Part shown: piece by piece, positions 8,644 through 16,526 of the stretch
Layout of the letters: each line of letters begins with the position of its first letter
Numbering within the stretch: position 1 is the first letter of the stretch
NCBI GenBank assembly: GCA_963663995.1
Contig: OY760660.1
Coordinates: forward strand, 1,440,001 to 1,472,000
DNA: 32,000 bases
Source: Erysipelotrichaceae bacterium
GTDB taxonomy: Bacteria > Bacillota_I > Bacilli_A > Erysipelotrichales > Erysipelotrichaceae
Direction: 5' to 3'
Position numbers and translations under genes: made by a program
The notes under the pieces: model-generated
Told to the model about the DNA's origin: nothing
Database searches by the model: none
The model's input: the letters and a program-made list of their open reading frames with translations, nothing else

Positions 8644-11157
8644 ATGGAAAAATTATCACCCATGTTGAAACAATACATGGAAGTTAAAGAAGAATATCCA
8701 GATACACTCGTCTTATTTAGATTGGGTGATTTTTATGAGTTATTCTTTGATGATGCTAAAATTGCATCTTATGAATTAGATTTGGTTTTAACCGCAAGAG
8801 CAGCTGGTAATAACCAAAAAGCACCGATGTGCGGTGTACCCTTTCATGCGGTCAGTGCTTATATTAAGACACTCGTTAACAATGGTCATAAAGTGGCGAT
8901 TGTTGAACAAATGGAAGAAGCAAGTGCTAGTAAAGGATTAGTTAGAAGAGATGTTGTTAGAGTAGTAACACCTGGAACAATGACGGATGAATGGGCAGAT
9001 GATAAAAGTCGAAATACGATTGCAAGTTGTACAAAGTTTGCCCAAAAATATACTTTAGTTTTATGTGAACTATTAAGTGGAAACACAGTTGTTGAAGTTA
9101 TAGAAGCGAAGGTAGAAGATCTTAGATCGCTCATCTATAAAGAAGGTATTAAAGAGATTATCTTAGAGTCTAAAGTTGATCAAGTGACTTTACATGCTTT
9201 AAGAGAAATGAGTCATTTAAGCATTTCATATGAAGATGAAATTGATTTAGCAGATGAATATAAAACTAATTTAAAAGGTATAGAAGATCAAACAAAAATC
9301 ATTACTTATGGTCGATTATTGAACCATTTATTAAAAACACAAAAGAGATCTTTATATCATTTACGTGAGGTCATCGATGAAAAAGCGATGACTCATATGG
9401 CGATTGATATAAGATCACTACAAAACTTAGAACTAGTTTCGGCTTTACGTCATGAAGATAACGAAGCAAGCCTATTTAATTTTTTAGATCGAGCTAGATC
9501 AGCGATGGGTTCTCGTTTCTTAAAAGATTGGATTAAAGAACCTTATAAAGTGTTAGATCCTATTTTAGATCGCCAAGTGAAAATACAATCCTTATTAGAT
9601 CGTTTTGGACAATTTGAAACACTCAGAGAAAAACTGAGTGAGCTCTATGATTTAGAAAGGCTCATCACAAAAGTTTCAATCCGATCAGCGGGACCTTTAG
9701 ATTTATTGCGTTTATCAAAAAGTTTAGATCCTGTACCTGAAATAATGAATTGTTTAGATGATGAAGCATTTAAAGATTTAAAAGCTGTTAATCAATTAAA
9801 TGATTTGTCAGTTCTGCTAAATCAAGCACTAAAAGATGATGTACCGATGCATTTAAGAGATGGTGATATCTTTCAAAGCGGATATAATTTAGAACTCGAT
9901 GAATTACGGGATATTCAAAAATCAGGGAAAACATGGCTTTTAGAATTTGAAGCTAAGGAAAAAGATCGAACCAATATTAGAAATTTAAAAGTAGGCTATA
10001 ATCGAGTATTTGGTTACTACATTGAAGTTTCAAAAGGGAATGTTCATCTTGTTAAACCAGAGTATGAATATACACGTAAGCAAACTTTAAGCACGGGTGA
10101 AAGATATATCACGCCAAGTCTTAAAGAAATGGAAGACAAGATATTACACGCAACCGAAAGAGCTCTTCGCTTAGAACAAGCACTTTTTAACGACTTAGTC
10201 GATGTAGTTTCTAAACAATTAAAAGAACTTCAACAATTAGCGGATGCTTTAGCCACGATTGACGCTTTACAAGCGTTAGCGAAAGTAGCCTACGATAACC
10301 ATTATGTCTGTCCTGTGTTTGATCAAGACTATGATTGTGATATTAAAGAGGGAAGACATCCAATTCTTGAGACAAAATTAGATTATGTGCCTAATACAAC
10401 ACATTTTGAAGAAAAACAAAGTATTCATTTATTAACGGGTCCTAATATGGGTGGTAAAAGTACCTATATGCGTCAAGTTGCGCTAATAGTGATTATGGCG
10501 CAAATGGGTTCTTTTGTGCCTGCTAAATCTGCTCATCTATCACTTGTTGATGCCATCTATACACGGATGGGGGCAAGTGATGACATTTTAGAAGGCCACT
10601 CTACCTTTATGTTAGAAATGATTGAAGCAAATCATGCTTTAAAACATGCGACACATCGATCACTTATTCTTTTTGATGAAATTGGTCGTGGAACATCAAC
10701 ATTTGATGGAATGGCATTAGCACAAGCAATGGTTGAATATGTATCAACGATCAATCAATGTAAGTGTATCTTTTCAACGCATTACCACGAATTAACTGAA
10801 CTGGAACATTCATTAAGCAATTTAAAAAACATGCATGTCGATGTACATGAAGAAAACAATGAAGTAACTTTCTTATATCGTGTTAAACATGGCAAGGCTG
10901 AACAATCCTATGGCGTTAATGTAGCTAGGTTAGCGCATTTACCAGAAACGATTATTGATCGAGCGCAAAGTTTACTTAAAGAATTAGAGAGTAAAAAACG
11001 AGTGGTTCAACAAAGTTTAGACGTTGTTGAAGTAAAACATATCCCAAAAGAGATCCAAGTTCTAAAGGAACGATTAGATCGTATTGATATTAATGAGATT
11101 ACGCCTTTAGAAGCTCTAAAACTTCTCGATGATTTTAAAAAGGATTTAAACGACTAA
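8644..11157 (+). CDS. mutS: DNA mismatch repair protein MutS
   Basis: MEKLSPMLKQYMEVKEEYPDxLVLFRLGDFYELF is the canonical MutS N-terminus, and Walker A GPNMGGKST and STHYHEL are present. The ORF-track start at 8611 (GTG) and ATG 8635 would add a non-conserved extension, so ATG 8644 is preferred. Confidence 0.93.
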   Translation: MEKLSPMLKQYMEVKEEYPDTLVLFRLGDFYELFFDDAKIASYELDLVLTARAAGNNQKAPMCGVPFHAVSAYIKTLVNNGHKVAIVEQMEEASASKGLVRRDVVRVVTPGTMTDEWADDKSRNTIASCTKFAQKYTLVLCELLSGNTVVEVIEAKVEDLRSLIYKEGIKEIILESKVDQVTLHALREMSHLSISYEDEIDLADEYKTNLKGIEDQTKIITYGRLLNHLLKTQKRSLYHLREVIDEKAMTHMAIDIRSLQNLELVSALRHEDNEASLFNFLDRARSAMGSRFLKDWIKEPYKVLDPILDRQVKIQSLLDRFGQFETLREKLSELYDLERLITKVSIRSAGPLDLLRLSKSLDPVPEIMNCLDDEAFKDLKAVNQLNDLSVLLNQALKDDVPMHLRDGDIFQSGYNLELDELRDIQKSGKTWLLEFEAKEKDRTNIRNLKVGYNRVFGYYIEVSKGNVHLVKPEYEYTRKQTLSTGERYITPSLKEMEDKILHATERALRLEQALFNDLVDVVSKQLKELQQLADALATIDALQALAKVAYDNHYVCPVFDQDYDCDIKEGRHPILETKLDYVPNTTHFEEKQSIHLLTGPNMGGKSTYMRQVALIVIMAQMGSFVPAKSAHLSLVDAIYTRMGASDDILEGHSTFMLEMIEANHALKHATHRSLILFDEIGRGTSTFDGMALAQAMVEYVSTINQCKCIFSTHYHELTELEHSLSNLKNMHVDVHEENNEVTFLYRVKHGKAEQSYGVNVARLAHLPETIIDRAQSLLKELESKKRVVQQSLDVVEVKHIPKEIQVLKERLDRIDINEITPLEALKLLDDFKKDLND

Positions 11158-12875
11158 TGGCACGTATACATAAACTTTCCGCTGAGTTATCCAATCGAAT
11201 AGCAGCAGGTGAGGTAGTTGAAAGACCAAGTGCTGTCGTTAAAGAATTGGTCGAAAACGCTATTGATGCAAAAGCAACATTTATTGATGTTTCTTTTAGC
11301 GAAGGTGGAATTAGTCAAATAACTGTCATCGATAATGGTGAAGGAATGGATGCTGAAGATGCATTACTCGCATTTGAACGTCACGCGACATCTAAAATAA
11401 TCGATGAAGAAGATCTATTTGAACCTCAACACTTGGGTTTTAGAGGTGAAGCTGTTCCATCCATTGCTTCCGTATCAAAATTTACACTTCATACGTATGC
11501 TCAAACAAGTGGCCGATCAGTCTTTGTAGAATATGGAAAACGTACTAAAGATATTCCTTACTCTGGTCCACAAGGAACAAAGGTTATAGTTGAAAACTTA
11601 TTTAGAAATACACCGGCAAGACTTAAACATTTAAAGTCTCCTTACTATGAAGCTTCAGTGATTGTTTCTTTAATGGAGAAGTTTGCTTTAGCGAATCCAG
11701 AGATAGCTTTTCGATTAAAGGATGAAGAGAAGATACTTTTAAATACATCTGGAAGTAATCATTTAAAAGAAGTATATACACAAGTTTATGGTTCTAAAAT
11801 TGGACAGTTTGCACATGAGTTTAGTTTTAATGACTATGATTTTGATGTTAAAGGTGTGTGGGTAGAATCACATATAAATAAAGCTAATCCTTATGACATT
11901 CTTATTTATATTAATGGTCGGATATTAAGAAATTTCAGACTGCAAAAAGCTGTGACTGAAAGTTATGAGGCTTTTTTACCTCATCATCGATATCCCCTTG
12001 CTTGTCTACATATCACGATGGATGCAAAACTTGTAGATGTGAATGTGCACCCATCTAAATGGGAAGTTCGATTATCCAAGGAACAACAACTCTATTATTT
12101 AATTGTCGATAAGTTATCTAAAGGTCTACATCAGTTTATGCAAATTAAACCTAGTACTATAAAACTTGAAGAAGAACAGATATTTGTTGAACAAAAACCA
12201 TTGTTTGATGTTTCACATTTTCCAAAAGCTGAAATTAAACAAGAAAACTTTGAGTTAAAAGAGGAAACTCTCGAGTTTAAAGAACAAACTGTTCAAATTA
12301 CGAAGTTTCCAACCTTAGATTTAATTGGTCAAATGCATGGACGATATATATTAGCGAGTTCTGATGAGGAACTTTATTGGATTGACCAACATGCAGCCAA
12401 AGAACGTGTAAACTATGAACTGATTTTAAATGAACTTAAAGATCCTAGTCATCAATTTGAATTACTCATACCTGAAAATATCGAAGTTAAGATGAGCTTC
12501 ATGAAACAGTTTGATGAATTTCAAAAAGTTATGCAGGATTTAGGTCTTGATTGCGAAAGTTTTTCAATTAATAGTTTTATCATACGTGCTGTGCCGATAT
12601 GGATGCAAAACTTGGATATCCATGCCTTAGTATTAGATTTAACTGAGAAGTTTGAAAATAATGAAAAAATCTCACAAGAAAGAATACGTGATGCGGTTAT
12701 TGCGACGATGGCGTGTCATCGCTCGATTCGATTTAATCAAACATTAAGTAGAGAAGATATGTTACAGATTATTGATGAACTATCAGCTTGTACTCAACCT
12801 TTTAACTGTCCACATGGTCGACCTACACTAATTAAAGTAAGTATTAAGAGTTTATGGAAGGATTTCGAGCGATGA
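11157..12875 (+). CDS. mutL: DNA mismatch repair protein MutL
   Basis: GHKL ATPase N-terminus (IAAGEVVERPxSVVKELVENAIDA, DNGxGM) and the C-terminal dimerisation/endonuclease region. The start overlaps the mutS stop. Confidence 0.95.
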   Translation: MARIHKLSAELSNRIAAGEVVERPSAVVKELVENAIDAKATFIDVSFSEGGISQITVIDNGEGMDAEDALLAFERHATSKIIDEEDLFEPQHLGFRGEAVPSIASVSKFTLHTYAQTSGRSVFVEYGKRTKDIPYSGPQGTKVIVENLFRNTPARLKHLKSPYYEASVIVSLMEKFALANPEIAFRLKDEEKILLNTSGSNHLKEVYTQVYGSKIGQFAHEFSFNDYDFDVKGVWVESHINKANPYDILIYINGRILRNFRLQKAVTESYEAFLPHHRYPLACLHITMDAKLVDVNVHPSKWEVRLSKEQQLYYLIVDKLSKGLHQFMQIKPSTIKLEEEQIFVEQKPLFDVSHFPKAEIKQENFELKEETLEFKEQTVQITKFPTLDLIGQMHGRYILASSDEELYWIDQHAAKERVNYELILNELKDPSHQFELLIPENIEVKMSFMKQFDEFQKVMQDLGLDCESFSINSFIIRAVPIWMQNLDIHALVLDLTEKFENNEKISQERIRDAVIATMACHRSIRFNQTLSREDMLQIIDELSACTQPFNCPHGRPTLIKVSIKSLWKDFER

Positions 12876-13774
12876 AAAAAGTGCTTGTTATTGCTGGATT
12901 GACAGCTAGTGGTAAAACGAGTTTATCAATTGATTGGGCTAAGAAGTTTAATGGTGAAATCATTAATGGTGATTCACAACAGGTTTATCGTGGACTTGAT
13001 ATAGGAACTGCCAAAATAAGTAAAGATGAGATGGAAAATGTTCCACATCATTTGATTGATATACTAGATTATAGTGAACGTTTTCATGTGAAAGCATTTC
13101 AAGAACTCTGCCGAGAGAAAATCAATGATATAACAAAGCGAGGTTTATTGCCTATTTTGGTGGGAGGAACTGGCTTATACTTGAAAGCAGCTCTTTATGA
13201 TTATCAATTTGAAGAAGAAACTGATCAGGCAGAGGAATATTTAGATCAAAGTACGGAGGACCTCTACCAAGAACTTCTACGATTAGATCCGATAAGTTGT
13301 GAAAAGATTCATGCGAACAATCGCGTTAGAATTGTTAGAGCTTTAAATATGGCGAAACAAGGCCAATTAAAGTCTGCTCGCATTGCTTCTCAAAAACAAG
13401 AGGCTTTATATGATGTCTTTTGGTGTGTCCTTGCGCCAAACAAAGAACAGATAGATCAAAGAATTGAACAAAGAGTTGATATGATGTTTGAGGTTGGGCT
13501 TAAAAAAGAAGTCGAAAAATTCTTTAGCGAAAAAGAGTGTCGAAAATATCAAAGTTTTCAAGCAATTGGTTATAAAGAGTGGGCACCTTACTTTGAATTA
13601 AATGTAGATTTAGCTACGATTAAAGAAAAGATAGTGATACATACAAGACAATTCGCTAAACGTCAAAAGACTTGGTTTAAAAATCAATTACCTTCGCGTT
13701 TTGTAGATAGTTTAAATAATGAGGACTTAGATCAAGTTTATCAAGAAGTATCACAATGGCTTCAAGGAGACTAG
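12872..13774 (+). CDS. miaA: tRNA dimethylallyltransferase
   Basis: MKKVLVIAGLTASGKTSLS P-loop start, DSQQVYRGLDIGTAK and GGTGLY. ATG 12872 overlaps the mutL TGA (ATGA) and follows GGAAGGA. The ORF-track start at 12854 lies inside mutL and is rejected. Confidence 0.93.
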   Translation: MKKVLVIAGLTASGKTSLSIDWAKKFNGEIINGDSQQVYRGLDIGTAKISKDEMENVPHHLIDILDYSERFHVKAFQELCREKINDITKRGLLPILVGGTGLYLKAALYDYQFEEETDQAEEYLDQSTEDLYQELLRLDPISCEKIHANNRVRIVRALNMAKQGQLKSARIASQKQEALYDVFWCVLAPNKEQIDQRIEQRVDMMFEVGLKKEVEKFFSEKECRKYQSFQAIGYKEWAPYFELNVDLATIKEKIVIHTRQFAKRQKTWFKNQLPSRFVDSLNNEDLDQVYQEVSQWLQGD

Positions 13775-13776
13775 TT

Positions 13777-14274
13777 ATGAATAAAATAGTTATTGCAGGT
13801 GGTTGCTTCTGGGGTGTTGAAGAATATTATCGTCGTTTAAAAGGTGTTAATGGGTCTCGTGTAGGTTACGCACAAGGGGTTAAAGAAACGCCTACATACC
13901 AAGAAGTGTGTAGTGGTGAAACTAATCATGCAGAAGTAGCTGAAATTGAATATGATGAAAATGTTATTTCACTCGAAAAAATATTAGAACATTTGTTTAG
14001 AATTGTTGATCCTACATCACTGAATAAACAAGGTGGAGATATTGGAACTCAATATCGAGTTGGCGTTTATCCACGAACTGAAGAAGAAATTCAACGGGTA
14101 CTTACTTATTATGATTTAAGACAGAAAGATTATTTAAAACCATTGGTAATGGAATGTGAATTGTTAAGAGATTTCTATGATGCAGAGGATTATCATCAAA
14201 AATACTTAGTCAAAAATCCAAGTGGGTATTGTCATATAAATATGCGATTAATCAAAGATGATGAGAAGAAATAG
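13777..14274 (+). CDS. msrA: Peptide-methionine (S)-S-oxide reductase
   Basis: GGCFWGVE active-site motif near the N-terminus, plus HAEV and DPTxLNxQGxDxGxQYR. ATG 13777 lies behind AAGGAGA (13764-13770). The ORF-track start at 13756 is rejected. Confidence 0.93.
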   Translation: MNKIVIAGGCFWGVEEYYRRLKGVNGSRVGYAQGVKETPTYQEVCSGETNHAEVAEIEYDENVISLEKILEHLFRIVDPTSLNKQGGDIGTQYRVGVYPRTEEEIQRVLTYYDLRQKDYLKPLVMECELLRDFYDAEDYHQKYLVKNPSGYCHINMRLIKDDEKK

Positions 14275-14294
14275 GCTAGCTTATTTCTTTTTTT
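14266..14294 (+). terminator. Weak putative terminator after msrA
   Basis: AAGAAATA (14266-14273) pairs with TATTTCTT (14282-14289) over an 8-nt loop, followed by a T-run. The all-A/T-rich stem overlaps the msrA stop. Confidence 0.35.
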
Positions 14295-14329
14295 AGGAAT
14301 ATGTCTCTTTATTTCGTAAAAATATAGAG

Positions 14330-15208
14330 ATGGGAACACTAGAACTAAAACAGTTAGAAAAAAACTATAAAGATAAACGTATTCTTAAAGGTATTGATTT
14401 AAAAGTAGAAGCATATGAAATCTATGCCATATTAGGACGCAATGGTTGTGGAAAGACAACACTTTTTAAATGCATCATGGGTTTAGTTGAAAAAAATAAA
14501 GGTGAGATTTTATTTGACGGTAAAGAAGTCAATTTTGAAAGTCGCTCTAAGTTTGGATATATGCCAGAAAGAAGATCCTTACTACCTGATTTAAGTATGA
14601 GAGAACATTTACAGCTCATGGGAACACTTAAACATATGGTTGAAGATTGGATTGATGAAAGAATATTAAATCTAAGTGAAGACTTTGAACTCGTAGATTA
14701 TTTAGATAAACCAATTAACTCTTTATCCAAAGGTCAACAACAAAAAACACAATTAATGATTGCACTACTTAATGAACCAGAAATACTAATTTTAGATGAA
14801 CCTTTAAGTGGGTTAGATGTTGATAGTGTCGATTTTTTTCTCAACGCATTAAAGAACTACGCAAGTTTAGGACATTCTATTTTGATATCAAGTCATCAAA
14901 TGGAATTTATGGATGCATTATGTAGTCATATTCTTTTGTTGAATCAAGGAGAAGTAGTACAAAAGGGATCTTTATCAGATATTCAAGATGAATCAGGCAT
15001 AAGTTTAAGAATTAATGCAAGTGCACATTATGAGCCGCTTTTAAAATTATCCGATCGAATTGAACTACAGGGAGCTTATGTGAACTTCTATGTGAAAAGT
15101 AAAATTAAGGCAAAACAGTTAATCGCAAAAGCACATAAGTGTGAAGGGTTAAGTCAATTACGTTTAAGTCCATTATCAGTCGCGGAACTACTTAAGGAAC
15201 ATACATGA
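14330..15208 (+). CDS. ABC transporter ATP-binding protein (ABC-2 / NatA-like exporter type)
   Basis: Walker A GRNGCGKTT, signature LSKGQQQK, Walker B ILILDEP and an H-loop SSHQ. An extra ~80-aa C-terminal domain is present. Confidence 0.9.
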   Translation: MGTLELKQLEKNYKDKRILKGIDLKVEAYEIYAILGRNGCGKTTLFKCIMGLVEKNKGEILFDGKEVNFESRSKFGYMPERRSLLPDLSMREHLQLMGTLKHMVEDWIDERILNLSEDFELVDYLDKPINSLSKGQQQKTQLMIALLNEPEILILDEPLSGLDVDSVDFFLNALKNYASLGHSILISSHQMEFMDALCSHILLLNQGEVVQKGSLSDIQDESGISLRINASAHYEPLLKLSDRIELQGAYVNFYVKSKIKAKQLIAKAHKCEGLSQLRLSPLSVAELLKEHT

Positions 15209-16377
15209 AAACACTTATTCTCTTTTCACTAAAAAGAAGGTTTAAAAATCGTGTGAGTATTGCCTTATCGATCTTATTTATTTGTATTGTGGCTGTCATC
15301 ATGTATATCGATTATATAAGTGACTTTTTTAACTTAGATTTTTCACAACCTTATGAAATAGTTTTAGATAAAGAAATGCAGACAAAAATTAATAATGAAG
15401 AATTATGGTTAAAACAAGGTTTTCGTTTTACCGAAGATAATGGAAATTTATCAATTGAATTTAAAGATGATGCATATATTATTAAAGGAAAAACAGATCT
15501 TATCTTACAGACAAAAATCAAAGAATTATTATTAAATAATCATCAACATATATTGTTGAGTGAAGCTTCAGTTTCAGCACAAGAATGGATAGATGATTAT
15601 TCAAATATAAATTTAATATTTGATCAAGAAACGTTTGGTGTGGATTATCTTAAACAACAATTAATCATGGTTTTATTAACTTCTATCTATTTTATGATGT
15701 TGAATTTTATAGCGGTTAATTCAAATGAAATAATTTTAGAGAAAACATCAAATGTACTAGCTTTATTTTTAAGTTGTGTTTCTACTTTTGAACACTATTG
15801 TGCAAAATTCATCAGTGGAATTTTAAATGTTAGTACCCAAATTATTGGTTCATTACTAGTCATTGCGAGTTTTATCTTCATTCGTTATCAAGATGATAAA
15901 GGTCAAGGATTGTTTGAAATGGTTTCAAAATATCTGCCTATTCCGATTGAAGACTTAAATTTCATATCGTTTTTTTCGCTATTTGATTTTAAAACGAGTG
16001 ATATCTTTATCTTTTTATTAAGCTTAATTTTTTTAGTCATTGGAATAGCTATTGTTCAAGTGCTGGTTTTAGTTCTTTCAGCAAGAGTCAGAACAAGTGA
16101 AGAAGCAGGCGCGATTCAAGGACCATTCTATTTAGGTTTACTGATTTTATATTATGGATCACTATCATTAAATTCATCAGAGCAATTATCGAATGGACTT
16201 GGATATATCTTGTCTTTTGTACCAGTTTCTTCAATGCTAATCATGCCAATGAGAATTGTGAGTAATTCAGTACCATTTTTTGAACTCATATTGTCATCAT
16301 TAATTTCATTATTAAGTCTATTAATTATCCTAGTGATTCTCTATCCAATTTACAAAAAAGGTTTGAGTAGAGTATGA
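15205..16377 (+). CDS. ABC-2-type transporter permease
   Basis: ATGA overlap with the ATPase gene. One N-terminal TM helix is followed by a ~130-aa extracytoplasmic loop and then about 5 hydrophobic helices, the typical NatB/YhaP-like ABC-2 topology. No specific substrate can be inferred. Confidence 0.75.
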   Translation: MKTLILFSLKRRFKNRVSIALSILFICIVAVIMYIDYISDFFNLDFSQPYEIVLDKEMQTKINNEELWLKQGFRFTEDNGNLSIEFKDDAYIIKGKTDLILQTKIKELLLNNHQHILLSEASVSAQEWIDDYSNINLIFDQETFGVDYLKQQLIMVLLTSIYFMMLNFIAVNSNEIILEKTSNVLALFLSCVSTFEHYCAKFISGILNVSTQIIGSLLVIASFIFIRYQDDKGQGLFEMVSKYLPIPIEDLNFISFFSLFDFKTSDIFIFLLSLIFLVIGIAIVQVLVLVLSARVRTSEEAGAIQGPFYLGLLILYYGSLSLNSSEQLSNGLGYILSFVPVSSMLIMPMRIVSNSVPFFELILSSLISLLSLLIILVILYPIYKKGLSRV

Positions 16378-16430
16378 TACTTGTGAAATTAATAACTATT
16401 TAAACAAGGTCTAAAACCGATTGCTTAAAT

Positions 16431-16448
16431 TTGTTAAATTTTTAACAA
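16431..16448. promoter_or_regulatory. Candidate Rex (redox-sensing repressor) operator, a perfect 18-bp palindrome TTGTTAA-ATTT-TTAACAA
   Basis: All 14 specified positions match the Clostridia-type Rex consensus TTGTTAAnnnnTTAACAA as I recall it. It lies in the 149-bp intergenic region upstream of the lipoprotein gene. Confidence 0.55.
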
Positions 16449-16475
16449 AAACTTGAATTTTTGGTGAAATTAATA

Positions 16476-16505
16476 TTGCAAAAATATTCACAAGTAATGT
16501 ACTAT
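16476..16505 (+). promoter_or_regulatory. Putative lipoprotein promoter (TTGCAA, 18-nt spacer, TACTAT) overlapped by a second Rex-like box, TTGCAAAAATATTCACAA
   Basis: -35 at 16476-16481 and -10 at 16500-16505. The box at 16476-16493 matches TTGTGAAnnnnTTCACAA at 12 of 14 positions, with the right half perfect. AAGGAGG RBS at 16515-16521 and ATG at 16527. Confidence 0.4.
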
Positions 16506-16526
16506 TAGTCGTGCAAGGAGGAATTT

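Noticed and set aside
16381-16398. A third full Rex box starting at TTGTGAA (16381)
   Set aside because: Only the left half-site is good. The right half (ATAACTA) matches TTCACAA at about 4 of 7 positions, so it is kept only as supporting context and not called as a site.
16453-16476. Alternative lipoprotein promoter TTGAAT (16453-16458) with TAATAT (16471-16476), and a CodY-like AATTTTTGGTGAAATT
   Set aside because: The hexamer spacing is only 12 nt. The CodY-like string needs an indel to fit the 15-nt consensus.
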